In this document: one piece after another, positions 27,967 to 37,600 of the stretch | Numbering within the stretch: the first letter of the stretch is position 1 | How the letters are laid out: each line of letters begins with the position of its first letter | Virus record (IMG/VR): IMGVR_UViG_3300010234_000006 | Direction: 5' to 3' (one strand) | Length of the DNA: 64,000 nucleotides | Source: an uncultured virus (IMG/VR IMGVR_UViG_3300010234_000006) | Lineage: Duplodnaviria > Heunggongvirae > Uroviricota > Caudoviricetes | Notes under the pieces: generated by a model | Database searches by the model: none | Seen by the model: the letters and a program-made list of their open reading frames with translations, nothing else | Told to the model about the DNA's origin: nothing | Program-made: the position numbers and the translations under genes

Positions 27967-28704
27967 TCAGTTCACACCAAAGACGATTCTGGCGAGGATG
28001 TCGAGCTGCGCTTTCTCCTCCGCCCTTTGGGCCTCCAGGCGGACAGCGTTGGACTCCTTGAAAGTGACGCCGGATCCGAGGAGATACTCAGCCTTGGAAG
28101 CCTCCAGGTCCTGACACAGGCCGGGGACCAGGCTTGGGAACACCTCTCTGGCCAAGGCGACGGAGTCTACGAGGCAGCTGACCGCTCTGCAGAGCATGTC
28201 GAAATGCATCGCGGTGCAGGCGTAGCTGTCCCTCTCGCGGCTGAAGATCCAAGACAGCTGACCGAGAACATCCCCGCCGTCTGGTGCCCACTGCCTCATG
28301 TTGGCGAGGAACGATGGGATCTCACCAAGGCCAGACACGTCCATGTCCGGAACCCTCTTTCCGTTCTCTGCGTAGTGCAATGAGATCTGCATGATTCGCT
28401 CGTACACCTCGTTCAGGACATGGGCCGCTTCCATCTCCTTGACCATCTCCACCCTGCGAATGCACTTGATGGCGAAGAGGACTGACTTCCTGTGGTCCCA
28501 CGGGAGCTCGATGCCGCAGCTGCTGAATGTGACGTCTCCAGACTTCGGAAGGTACCTTATCGGATTCCTCCCTTGCTCGAACGAGGCGCGCAGGAGCTCG
28601 ATGCCCTGCTTATGGTCGTCCCTTCTGGCGCAGTCCTTTGTGGCCGCATTGAAGGCTGATGGGTCTCCGTCGAGAGCGGACCGAATGATTCTCTCTGTGT
28701 TCAC
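27967..28704 (-). CDS. Helical protein of the L[CP]W..R motif family, without leader
   Basis: GIELPWDHRKSVLFAIKC. Confidence 0.65.
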   Translation of the reverse strand: MNTERIIRSALDGDPSAFNAATKDCARRDDHKQGIELLRASFEQGRNPIRYLPKSGDVTFSSCGIELPWDHRKSVLFAIKCIRRVEMVKEMEAAHVLNEVYERIMQISLHYAENGKRVPDMDVSGLGEIPSFLANMRQWAPDGGDVLGQLSWIFSRERDSYACTAMHFDMLCRAVSCLVDSVALAREVFPSLVPGLCQDLEASKAEYLLGSGVTFKESNAVRLEAQRAEEKAQLDILARIVFGVN

Positions 28705-29071
28705 AGCTCACCTCCTCTGCGTGCGTGAATGGAGTGCCCAAGCTTCTCCGTCGTCTCAACCTCGATGCGCACAGGGAACCTCTTCTCGCAGAGGACGTGC
28801 ATGCTGACCGACTTGTTGATGATGTCCCCTGGTTTGAATGCGCTGAGCACACCACAGGGACCACCAACGCCTGTAAAGACCCAGTTCGGATCTCTCAGGA
28901 GGACTCTCTTGCACTTTCCCTCCTCTGTCGAATCCATCTCAATGCGCATGGATGTGAATGGAACATCGACCTCGGACGAGTAGCACAAGAGGCTATCATC
29001 CCACGGAAGATCGACCCTCAATGGGTGAATGAAATTTACCAATGTCGTTCTCCTTGTTCCTCGAGGCCCTT

Positions 29072-29584
29072 CTATCTCTTGAGGCCTCGCTTCTTCTTTC
29101 TCACCACGGTGCGGAAGCCAGGCCTTGGGACAGCCTTCTTTCGCCTCCGGGCGCTCTTTCTCTTCCGGCTCATCACGAGCACCTCGTGGAGCTTCGTCGA
29201 CTCCCACGGAGGAATGAAGTTCCACAGGTCGCAGAGCTGGTCGATGCCGAGAATGATGGCGAGCCTCACGAGCTGACCTTGGGTCACCTTGAAGTGGTTT
29301 GCCATCTCACGAAGCAAGGGCTCTCGACCGGAGAGCCCGATGCCTGTCTGAACCTCCACATGCTCCTCCGACACCTCCATCGACTGAAGGAGCCTCCGAT
29401 ACACAACGCGCTCCTCGGGATGTTCGGAGTCCTTGTGCGCGTATGCCTCTGCGAGCATCGGCCAACCCGTAAGGAAGGCAAACTTTCCGATGAGCTTTGG
29501 CGGCTCATTGACCACGAAGCCGATGTCGGTGCGCCTGTCGACGATCTCTTGCGACAGGTAGAAGTAGAAAATGTCGTCGCTCAT
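29072..29584 (-). CDS. Hypothetical protein (possible RHH-like)
   Basis: LLREMANHFKVTQGQLVRLAI; basic tail. Confidence 0.55.
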   Translation of the reverse strand: MSDDIFYFYLSQEIVDRRTDIGFVVNEPPKLIGKFAFLTGWPMLAEAYAHKDSEHPEERVVYRRLLQSMEVSEEHVEVQTGIGLSGREPLLREMANHFKVTQGQLVRLAIILGIDQLCDLWNFIPPWESTKLHEVLVMSRKRKSARRRKKAVPRPGFRTVVRKKKRGLKR

Positions 29585-30039
29585 ATCTCCCTCCGCTCGA
29601 GCACTCTTGCGATACGCGAGAGCGCTTCTCTGTCCACACCGGTCAAACTCACGATGAGCCTCTCGAGCTCGTCGACGCGAGCCTTGAGATTATCGAGCTC
29701 GTCCCCGGAAGCCATCCTGCTCCAGATGGATGATGAGACGGGCTCTGAAGCCTCCTCTACGAGCCTCACAAGGGGCTCATCGGGGTTAGATCCGTTGGCC
29801 GTCAATCCCATGACGATGTATCTATCCAGCGTCGGCTCGAACCGCACAACATCTCCCGGAACGAGACCTGCTTCGAATCGATTATCGCCCTCACAAAGCC
29901 ACTGAAGCGCCTCTTGGCTCGTCACCGTGTACCCATAGGCCGTAGAGACGATTCCTTCGTGTCTGAGAACGTTCACGGTCGTATCGGGATCCTCCTTCGG
30001 CTCGAATCCTCTGTCGATTCCTTCTGCGCCCTCTATCAT
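29581..30039 (-). CDS. Hypothetical protein with coiled-coil tail
   Basis: LKARVDELE...ARVLE. Confidence 0.55.
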   Translation of the reverse strand: MIEGAEGIDRGFEPKEDPDTTVNVLRHEGIVSTAYGYTVTSQEALQWLCEGDNRFEAGLVPGDVVRFEPTLDRYIVMGLTANGSNPDEPLVRLVEEASEPVSSSIWSRMASGDELDNLKARVDELERLIVSLTGVDREALSRIARVLERREI

Positions 30040-30223
30040 CCTTTCACCCTCCTTCGGCTACCTCGCCGCAGCCGCTTCCTGTACCTGATGCACCCTCTGC
30101 ATATGCCGCGCTCAATACGGGTCAACTTCAATCCAACAAATCCAGCACGGGTCACACAGGGAACCAATCCAAAAATCTGAAACGAGCATGTCTCAGACCC
30201 GTGTCGCCTTCGCATCTTCACTC

Positions 30224-31525
30224 TCATTCTGACTCCTTCTTCTCATCCCACTCCACCTCCAAATCGTACCCCGTCTCGAGAGCCACCAGCTTGCAGACAG
30301 CACGGGCGTATTCACGAGTCGACAGGCCGCCCTGGTTGAAGAGCTGCTCGAGCGTGCTCCGCCACATGTCGATGGACTCCTGGGGGATCTCGGGCTCGGG
30401 GAGTCGGGGAGAAGGCGCGGGCTCCTTTGCGGAGCCGCTCTTCTTCATTCCAGAGAAGAAAGCCTCGACCTTCTCCTCCGCCTCCTTTATCGCCTTCGGG
30501 TTCACGGTCGGCTCCTCCGCTGGTGGCTCCGGAGCGGGAGTGGGATTCGGGGCTACGGGCTCCTTTTTCTTCTTCGCGGTGGAGCTCGGAACCTTCGCCT
30601 TTGCCTCCATCTTCCTCTTGTGCTTTCTCGCCCTCTCGCTCTCGAGCTTCTCCCTCTTCTTCCTCTCAGAGCGAACGCTGAAGCACTCTTCCCTCGTGCA
30701 GTACATCTGCCTCCCGTGTGTTCGCACATACTCGAGCCCGCACTCCTTACACAGCACGGGCGCATTCTTCATCTTGGGCTTCTTGCGCACAGGCTTCTTC
30801 TTTTCACTCACAGCCACTCCTGAGTTGCACTTCGCGCAGACGGGCTCCCCTTTGTCGTTCACCCAGCCAATGCTTCGGGTGCCACACCCGACACACCTGT
30901 CCTCAGCATGTGTGGAGGAAGGGGCTCCCTTTCTGGATCTGGAATTGGCGCACTCTTCGCGCTTACAGAAGATTTGAGCGTTGTAGCTCTTCCTGAACTT
31001 GCCACCGCAGTGCTTGCAGTTGCTCACCTCTCCGTGGCGAAACTTGTAGGCGTCTTGTCTCTTCTTCGCCCTGTCCGCGATGCACGTCTTGCGCTTGCAG
31101 TATCGCTGCGTCCTGTGTCCGCGCTCGTAGTCGAGGTTGCAGTTGTCGCATTGGCCGAACTCCTCTCCGCCCGCGGAGCGATTCTTATCGGCAACAGGGG
31201 GCGGTGGTGGTGGCGTGTCTTCGCCGGACGACTCGGGAAGTGGTTCACCCTTAACATGCGCAACTGACACAGCCTCACTCCTGAATCGATGGCCCTTCGG
31301 CTTCCACTCGCCGAACTCTTGCGTCAACGGAACGAGCACCTGGGAGACGCCCTCGTGCTTCTTCTTCAGCTCTCGGTTCTTTATGAGCTCGCGCACCGCA
31401 GCGTTGAAGACGGAGGGAGACAGGTGGTCCATTCTTCGGCGCACCTCGGGTGGCGTGGGGTAGATGCCGAATTGCTTCGTCATCTCCTTCACCGTCTCGA
31501 GGATGTTCCACTGCGCCGCGTTCAT
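30224..31525 (-). CDS. LexA-like winged-helix protein with multiple zinc fingers
   Basis: QWNILETVKE...GIYPTPPEV; three CxxC...Q.[YF]C...C repeats plus CxxC...CxxC. Confidence 0.7.
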   Translation of the reverse strand: MNAAQWNILETVKEMTKQFGIYPTPPEVRRRMDHLSPSVFNAAVRELIKNRELKKKHEGVSQVLVPLTQEFGEWKPKGHRFRSEAVSVAHVKGEPLPESSGEDTPPPPPPVADKNRSAGGEEFGQCDNCNLDYERGHRTQRYCKRKTCIADRAKKRQDAYKFRHGEVSNCKHCGGKFRKSYNAQIFCKREECANSRSRKGAPSSTHAEDRCVGCGTRSIGWVNDKGEPVCAKCNSGVAVSEKKKPVRKKPKMKNAPVLCKECGLEYVRTHGRQMYCTREECFSVRSERKKREKLESERARKHKRKMEAKAKVPSSTAKKKKEPVAPNPTPAPEPPAEEPTVNPKAIKEAEEKVEAFFSGMKKSGSAKEPAPSPRLPEPEIPQESIDMWRSTLEQLFNQGGLSTREYARAVCKLVALETGYDLEVEWDEKKESE

Positions 31526-31532
31526 GATTCAC

Positions 31533-32126
31533 CTACTCGAAAGATGCATACGATACAGCACCACAAGAGACAAACCGACGCTTACCGGAGATGACGTACT
31601 CGATGACCGCCGACTCGCAGAACCCACACCGCAGCGGGTCGGAGGGACGGGTGCCAGATATCCGGGGTCGGTATCCCACAGGGTACCTCGACTCATGCTC
31701 CACCCACGACCTGAACCCGTCGAAGTTGTCGTGACAGCTCACATCCCATCCGCGGTCCTCGAGGTCGAGAAGCCACTTCGTCTGGTTTTCGGTGGGCTTC
31801 CCTCCAGGCTTCTTCAGCTCCGAGGCGCTCCCCGGAGCGCCAGCGGCGGTCATGTCGAAAATCATCACGTCAGGGACACCACTCTTCATTCCCGCAGCCA
31901 AGAGACGTCCCCGCTCGCTCTTCGTGCGACGACCCTCGTTTGGGACGTGGCACCAGAGGAGCTTCCTCAGGTCGAGGTACTTCGCCACGGAGACTTGTAG
32001 CTCGTGCTCTTCGTCCCTCCTCTCCGTGCCCGAGGAGAGCAGCACGCCTCCGCACTTATTACACAACATGTGCCTCGAGCTCGTCCTCATCGGCACACAC
32101 TTACATGGCTTGTGCTTCTTCATCAC
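31533..32126 (-). CDS. VRR-NUC domain nuclease
   Basis: EHELQ...HVPNEG...GVPDV...ELKKPGGKPTENQ..W. Confidence 0.85.
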   Translation of the reverse strand: MMKKHKPCKCVPMRTSSRHMLCNKCGGVLLSSGTERRDEEHELQVSVAKYLDLRKLLWCHVPNEGRRTKSERGRLLAAGMKSGVPDVMIFDMTAAGAPGSASELKKPGGKPTENQTKWLLDLEDRGWDVSCHDNFDGFRSWVEHESRYPVGYRPRISGTRPSDPLRCGFCESAVIEYVISGKRRFVSCGAVSYASFE

Positions 32127-32150
32127 GATGTCCTGACCTATCCGCTGGGA

Positions 32151-32185
32151 ACGTCACACTGTCACAGTGCGCCGTGGCGTGTCAA
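32151..32185 (-). promoter_or_regulatory. Repeated promoter/operator (copy 1)
   Basis: Minus strand TTGACA...CACTGTGACAGTGTGACGT; 19 bp identical to 34656-34674. Confidence 0.7.
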
Positions 32186-32577
32186 CACATCTCCCTCAAC
32201 TTTGGCTGGATGTGCAGTCCGAACATTGGCCCGTCATGGCCCTCGGGGTAAACCCAGATGTGGTAGGCGTTGTAAAGGTCGACAAGGTCCGATTCTCGCG
32301 GGAACACTTGGACTCCAACCCTCTCGGGTCCTGTGAAGTGGTTCTTTATCTCCTGCATGTCCGACCACGACTCCACAGGCCGCTTGTCCTTTCTCGAGAC
32401 CGAGATGTGGACCATCTCTCCGACCTCCTCGTAGACTTCCTCGGTGATGAGCACGACGAAGACAGGGCTCTTGAAGCAGCGGGCGTTTTTCACGAACGGC
32501 TGGTTCGCAACGATGTGAGGGACCTCGTGCTTCTTCCACGCAAACTTCCCACCAGTACCCTTCCTCTTTCTCACCAT
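32182..32577 (-). CDS. Conserved phage hypothetical protein
   Basis: HISVSRKD...WSDMQEIKN.F.GPE...FPRESDLV...HIW. Confidence 0.7.
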   Translation of the reverse strand: MVRKRKGTGGKFAWKKHEVPHIVANQPFVKNARCFKSPVFVVLITEEVYEEVGEMVHISVSRKDKRPVESWSDMQEIKNHFTGPERVGVQVFPRESDLVDLYNAYHIWVYPEGHDGPMFGLHIQPKLREMC

Positions 32578-32920
32578 AGCCACCTCCTGCCAGCGAGCCA
32601 CGGCGGCAGCCCTGTGATGGGATCGGAGAAGCGGCGCATCTCTGTCGTGTGGATGACGCGGCCCCTCCGAGGCAGGTAGAGATATTGCCCGTACGGATTG
32701 TTCGAGAAGTCCGGGTACGGGACGACTTCGGTGGTGGGCTCGCGGCGCTCGGACGGCAGGGTGTTCGCATTCGAGACGTACTCGAGGAGCTGCTGCGTGT
32801 TGAGCAGCAGCCACGTGGAGCCTGGAGCATGGATGCGTGGGAACCTTCTTCGTCTTCTCATGTGACTCTCCTCCCTGTTGAGCTGTCAACTTCGGACATC
32901 GTACCACCCCGGGCGAGCGC

Positions 32921-33751
32921 CTACCGTAGAAATGTCTTCTCGGGCTCGTCCTTGATTCTCTGTCGTGGCTTTGTGTGGCGTCGATACTCTGGGGAGATGT
33001 TTCGAAAGAAATTCTCCTGGGCATACTCCCCCACCGAGATGTCATCCGGGTGTATCCTTCCTCCCTCTCTCACGGGGGGAATCATGTTCTCAGCGAGAGG
33101 GCTCGTTCCGACGCCGTGGAGCGCATCGATGAGGACGAGAAGCAGGTGTGTCGCCATGAATTCGACGTCCTCTTTGGTGAGAATGCTCTCGATGAAGTGG
33201 TTTGAGTCCCACCAGCTGAAGGCATGCTTGGAGCCTTTCCTTCGCCCTCGGTTGCGACGAATCCCAAGCGTCCTCTCTGCATCGGCCTCACGGCGCATGG
33301 CAGACTTCGCAGGGAGCTTCTTGTAGTTCTTCTTCAGCTCAATGTAGTCATCCTCGAACGCAGCTCTCATCCCGAATGGCCCGTAGTCAATGCGGTTCCA
33401 GTCGGACTCCTCCTTGCACCACTTCTCGAGACCCCTGTGCTTCACACGAGGACTCTTCTTTATCTTCGACCGCATGGCCTCGAGTCTCTCCTCCCGTCCG
33501 TCGACGCAGATCTTGAAGGCCTCGTCGATTCTCTCACCGAGCTCGTTCAGCCGACGCCCGTGCTCGAGCTTGTCGTATGTGGGGAGTATCGTCGACTCTC
33601 TCTTCTCAATCCCGAGTCCAGCTCTCATTGAGACGACGTCGACCAGGGTGCTCTCGTCTTCTCTTCTGACCGACTCACGAGCAACGGACCAAAACGTCTC
33701 GTCGGTGGGGTCCATCGCGTAGCTCTTCACCTGTCTCTGAATCTTGCTCAC
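32921..33751 (-). CDS. Hypothetical protein
   Basis: GGAGG RBS before GTG; DPTD...RESVRRED N-terminus. Confidence 0.6.
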   Translation of the reverse strand: MSKIQRQVKSYAMDPTDETFWSVARESVRREDESTLVDVVSMRAGLGIEKRESTILPTYDKLEHGRRLNELGERIDEAFKICVDGREERLEAMRSKIKKSPRVKHRGLEKWCKEESDWNRIDYGPFGMRAAFEDDYIELKKNYKKLPAKSAMRREADAERTLGIRRNRGRRKGSKHAFSWWDSNHFIESILTKEDVEFMATHLLLVLIDALHGVGTSPLAENMIPPVREGGRIHPDDISVGEYAQENFFRNISPEYRRHTKPRQRIKDEPEKTFLR

Positions 33752-33798
33752 TCCGTTATCCTCCTCCTGCTGGTGTCTTTCAATCAGGGCCCCGGCAA

Positions 33799-34299
33799 TC
33801 AACCCAAACGATTGGTCGCGGCCTGAATCACCTCGCAGCATCCGACCATAAAGTGCCATGCGGAAGACGTATCGACGTCGCTCTTGAGGTGGGCGATTGA
33901 TTCGTACATCCCCTGAGCCAATGCGATGGAGTACATGGCACCCCATGCGTCGCCCTCCTGATACTTCATAGCTCCGATGCGAATGTGGGCCTGCGCTCTG
34001 AACTCAAGGAGCCTGCACTCACGGGCGATCTCACGAGATATTCTGTCGACGAGCGTGTTTTGAACCAGAGATAGAACATCCCGAGCCCATTTCTCATGCG
34101 GTGCCTTATCGTGAGGCGTGAGCCCTGCCCACGCGTCTGGACGCTGGCGGAGCCCGTCCACGACGTCGAGGTCTCGGACCTGGTCCATGATGCTCTCTCG
34201 ACCCGTCTTGTAGAACTCTCGCTCGACATCGGCGAAGGCCTGAAGTCGCGTTGAGATTGCTCTCCGAAAGCTCATCTTGGCGAGCACTTCAATCATCAC
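33799..34299 (-). CDS. Hypothetical protein
   Basis: Coupled ORF. Confidence 0.55.
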   Translation of the reverse strand: MMIEVLAKMSFRRAISTRLQAFADVEREFYKTGRESIMDQVRDLDVVDGLRQRPDAWAGLTPHDKAPHEKWARDVLSLVQNTLVDRISREIARECRLLEFRAQAHIRIGAMKYQEGDAWGAMYSIALAQGMYESIAHLKSDVDTSSAWHFMVGCCEVIQAATNRLG

Positions 34300-34631
34300 A
34301 CCCTCACGTAAACAACCTTCTCGATGGTCTTCTTCTCAACCTCATGGCCATGATGCGTGCCACTCATGTTGGAAGGGTCCATCTCGTTGTACCCGGACTT
34401 CGATCCGCCGCACTCATACGTGATGGAGTAAAGCTTTCCGTCATCAGGAGCAACGAAGACTCGTCTCCTCTCCTCTTCATCTCCCATTGACGAGTGCTCA
34501 TCCTCCACCACGGGTGCGGGGTCGTCGAACTCGAGCGGGCTCATGTAGTAATCCCAATCAGGGTGAAGTCGATTGGCCACACCCCACTCAATGAGATCCT
34601 CGCTGGTAAACACTCTCTTTCCCATCACCAC
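34296..34631 (-). CDS. Hypothetical phage protein
   Basis: AAGGAG RBS; HEVEKKTIEKVVYV ending. Confidence 0.6.
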   Translation of the reverse strand: MVMGKRVFTSEDLIEWGVANRLHPDWDYYMSPLEFDDPAPVVEDEHSSMGDEEERRRVFVAPDDGKLYSITYECGGSKSGYNEMDPSNMSGTHHGHEVEKKTIEKVVYVRV

Positions 34632-34655
34632 TCCTTGGCAGAAGGTCTCTGATTT

Positions 34656-34690
34656 ACGTCACACTGTCACAGTGAACAGTGGTGTGTCAA
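34656..34690 (-). promoter_or_regulatory. Repeated promoter/operator (copy 2)
   Basis: Same TTGACA and CACTGTGACAGTGTGACGT with identical spacing. Confidence 0.7.
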
Positions 34691-34788
34691 TCATTAACCA
34701 GCGTAGATATTCTCCTGTTGTTGGGTGTTTGCGTGGGGGCACTGCTATCCTTGCGAACGAATCGTTAACCGACGAAAGGGCAAACGCC

Positions 34789-35016
34789 GTGAAGAAAAAG
34801 CGAAACATCCTTCTCAACCCCAAGACCAAAGCTGAGAAGCGTGCGCGCCTCATCGGCGTCTCCGGAGCTGTCCTAGGAGCGTTTGCGGGTCTCGCCGTAG
34901 CCCGTGACGACAGCTCGACGCTCGAGAAGGCCGGTGCGGCAACAACGGGCATGCTTCTCGGAACGCTGCTCGTCGGCGGCGTCGACCTCTTCGTTCTCGG
35001 CAACAAGCTTCCATAA
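34789..35016 (+). CDS. Small glycine-zipper two-TM protein
   Basis: GVSGAVLGAFAGLAV / GAATTGMLLGTLLVGG. Confidence 0.6.
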   Translation: MKKKRNILLNPKTKAEKRARLIGVSGAVLGAFAGLAVARDDSSTLEKAGAATTGMLLGTLLVGGVDLFVLGNKLP

Positions 35017-35035
35017 GGCTTGCCTGCTTTGTTCT

Positions 35036-35371
35036 TCATGCGTACACCCCACTTCCGTCGATGACACGCCTTCGGCATGGAATCCACTCGGTGATGACGA
35101 AGTCGTAGACAATCTCGAGACCCGGACCTGCGGCGATGACGTCGGGCGGGATCTCCATCCTGAAGCTCCTGAGGTATGCCTTGCACTCCTCGAGGGTGAC
35201 GAATTCACCCTCGAGGGTGAAACGCTCGCAAACTTTGTGACGAGCCCCGGCCGGGCTGACGACGATGAGCCTACTTTCGAGCCACGCGTGAGCCGCAACG
35301 GAGTCAAACCCGTAGGGATACTCTCCAGACAGCTTGAGATACGTCTCCACTCGCCATTGCATCAGGCTCAT
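35036..35371 (-). CDS. Hypothetical protein
   Basis: ATGA-coupled to the rep candidate. Confidence 0.55.
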   Translation of the reverse strand: MSLMQWRVETYLKLSGEYPYGFDSVAAHAWLESRLIVVSPAGARHKVCERFTLEGEFVTLEECKAYLRSFRMEIPPDVIAAGPGLEIVYDFVITEWIPCRRRVIDGSGVYA

Positions 35372-36756
35372 GACGCCTCCTTGAGCTTGCCGAGACATCC
35401 CTCGAGGTGAGCAATCTTCTTCTCTGCTCCCTCGCGTTGCTTCTTCGACGTCCGGAACATGTTGGACTTGATTTTGGCGATGGCCTCAGCCACCTCCTCC
35501 CTCGTCGCCGACCTCGCCCCGCGGAGCGACTCCTCCCTGTCTCGGATGAGCCTTGCGTGTCCAGGCAGAAGGTGCTCGAGAAGCGGGTTTCCCTCCCATG
35601 TGCTTGTATCGAGGCTCCTCAGAGCGATGAGCTCGGCCTCGATAATCTCCTTCGGCTCGGACTTTGATACCCTCTGACCGCTCGGGATGCTTCCCCACCC
35701 AGAAGCCTCTCTGGGCCTCTCTGGGCGCTTCGGAGTGTCGAGGGGCGTCTGGTGGGTCTCGACGGGCTCCTGGGGAACGCTGGGCGCTGGGACGTCGCTC
35801 TTTCTCTCGAACCAATCGTCGAACTGGCCCTCGGCGATGAGCTGGACGAAGGGCTTTCCCTCCCACTTGGGGTTGTGAGGGACGTGGCAGAGCCTGTGGA
35901 GGCGATACATCTGGGCCCTGTGGAGCCCGTGGTTCTTGTGGGCGAGAAGCTGCACGAGCTTCTCGAAGCACTGGAGCCACACCGACAGGTCTGGAACCTT
36001 CCGGATGATTGCCTCGAGCCTGTGGATGGCCTTTCCGCTGACCTCGCCGGTTGGCAGGAGCGGGTTGTCTGGGAGTGCCGCTACCCTGTGGTAGGCCGCG
36101 AGCACATCGGGGACTCTGGCGAGTGTCATCGGCGCAGAAGTGTCATACGCCTCGCGCACGATCAAGCTAGTAGAAAGTGAATCCGATTCTAGGATTCTTT
36201 CTTGGTTATTATTTAGATCTCTTTCTAGAAAACAAGAAAGATTCTTGATTCTAGAATCCGCGCGCGCACGTGAGGGCTGTATGACACTTTTCTGATTTTT
36301 ATTTATCTCCGTAGACTTAGGTGTGTATGACACAACCAAATTCTCGGACTCTTTTTCGGGCTCCGGAGAAAAGTGTCTTACACTTTCGAGATTCGCATTC
36401 AATTCCGGAGACTTGGTTGTATGACGCTCAGAAGCCTTCTGGAACGAAACGACGTTTCCAGGAGCTTCATGTGCGTGTTCTTCAACCGGAATCTCGAAAG
36501 TGTCATACACTTTTTCAGAAGTGTCATGCACTGTAAGACAATCGGGCTGTAAGACACTGTATGACACTTTCGTGTAAGACACTTCGACGGGGACGAGAGG
36601 GGCCTCCTCGTAGTGCCTGTCCCTGAATTCCTCCAGGGCTTGCAGTATGACTCTTGTCATCTGGGGTCGTTTGGGGTATTTCACTTGTGCGTAGCGACGC
36701 GCCCAGCTCAGCAGGTCTTCGTCGATTCGCACACTCAGTGGGATCTTTTTCGCCAT
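35368..36756 (-). CDS. Replication initiator candidate with N-terminal ribbon-helix-helix
   Basis: KIPLSVRIDEDLL...VILQALEEF; internal iterons and AT-rich tract; lambda-O-like layout. Confidence 0.65.
   Translation of the reverse strand: MAKKIPLSVRIDEDLLSWARRYAQVKYPKRPQMTRVILQALEEFRDRHYEEAPLVPVEVSYTKVSYSVLQPDCLTVHDTSEKVYDTFEIPVEEHAHEAPGNVVSFQKASERHTTKSPELNANLESVRHFSPEPEKESENLVVSYTPKSTEINKNQKSVIQPSRARADSRIKNLSCFLERDLNNNQERILESDSLSTSLIVREAYDTSAPMTLARVPDVLAAYHRVAALPDNPLLPTGEVSGKAIHRLEAIIRKVPDLSVWLQCFEKLVQLLAHKNHGLHRAQMYRLHRLCHVPHNPKWEGKPFVQLIAEGQFDDWFERKSDVPAPSVPQEPVETHQTPLDTPKRPERPREASGWGSIPSGQRVSKSEPKEIIEAELIALRSLDTSTWEGNPLLEHLLPGHARLIRDREESLRGARSATREEVAEAIAKIKSNMFRTSKKQREGAEKKIAHLEGCLGKLKEAS
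36140..36582. repeat. Iteron cluster TGTA(T/A)GACAC (~11 copies) with AT-rich tract; putative origin
   Basis: Copies at about 36140, 36278, 36324, 36373, 36418, 36500, 36521, 36532, 36548, 36558, 36573, in both orientations. Confidence 0.75.
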
Positions 36757-36781
36757 CGGTCTCACTCCTTGTTCTCCAAGA

Positions 36782-36814
36782 AACACCCGCTGCGCCTCAC
36801 ACGCAGCGGGTGTT
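36782..36814 (-). terminator. Hairpin/terminator upstream of the rep candidate
   Basis: AACACCCGCTGCG-7nt-CGCAGCGGGTGTT. Confidence 0.6.
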
Positions 36815-36823
36815 CTCGTTATG

Positions 36824-37414
36824 TCAGCGTTTCAAAATTCGGTAAATCGTGTTCCTGTGCCACTTTGAGCCCCTCGATGGAACGCCTTCTCGATTGAGAC
36901 GCCGGACGATCTCCGAAATGGAGACACCGGACTCGTTCCAATCTCGAATCTGCTGAACCACGCGCTGCTCCTGCTCGTTCGGTACGACGTTCCCGTCAGG
37001 TTGAGCAATGTAGCCGTATGGTGCCGCGCCGCCTTGATAGAGCGCCTGTTGCTTGAGCTTGGCCTTCTGGTCCTGCTGTCGCAACCGTCTCGCTCGAGCC
37101 TGCAGGCGACGCATGCGCAAGAAGAGGGAGATCTCTCTGTGCCCTGACTCCACGGCGCTGTCAAGACCCAGATCGAGGAGCACCACGCGCCGGCCCCCTC
37201 GGATGAGCGCGGAAAGCTCCTTCTCCGCTAGCTTTCCACCCAAACTGGCACAAAATGAGGAAAATGACTCGATCACCAGGCACTCCGCATCCCCGCTTTT
37301 TACAAGGGTCAGGGCGTCCTGCACGTCTCGATCGGCAAGAATCGCGGGGCACTCCACGCGAGCCTCCTCCGCCTCTGGGTCCTGAATCGAGCACACTGCC
37401 TTGATTGCTGTCAT
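36824..37414 (-). CDS. Serine recombinase derivative, catalytic motifs degenerate
   Basis: Intact GGAAPYGY...EIVRRLNREG...WHRNTIYRIL; no YxRxS; LVIESFSSF where LVVxxLDRL is expected. Confidence 0.75.
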   Translation of the reverse strand: MTAIKAVCSIQDPEAEEARVECPAILADRDVQDALTLVKSGDAECLVIESFSSFCASLGGKLAEKELSALIRGGRRVVLLDLGLDSAVESGHREISLFLRMRRLQARARRLRQQDQKAKLKQQALYQGGAAPYGYIAQPDGNVVPNEQEQRVVQQIRDWNESGVSISEIVRRLNREGVPSRGSKWHRNTIYRILKR

Positions 37415-37600
37415 GCGGACTCCTCCTTTCTTGTTTGTATCAGTGGCTTTCCTGCTATTCCTCTCTTTGCATTCTCCCTCAGCAAGAAGTCGATCTGCGA
37501 CTGGCACCGGACGGTGTTCCGCACGGCGTCAGTCGCAATGACGATGGCCGTCGCAACACCGACAGCATTGAGGAGGAAGGCGATGATGATGAGCATCACG

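Noticed and set aside
36140..36582. Repeats as a CRISPR array
   Set aside because: 10-bp units with irregular spacing and mixed orientation inside a CDS; no cas genes
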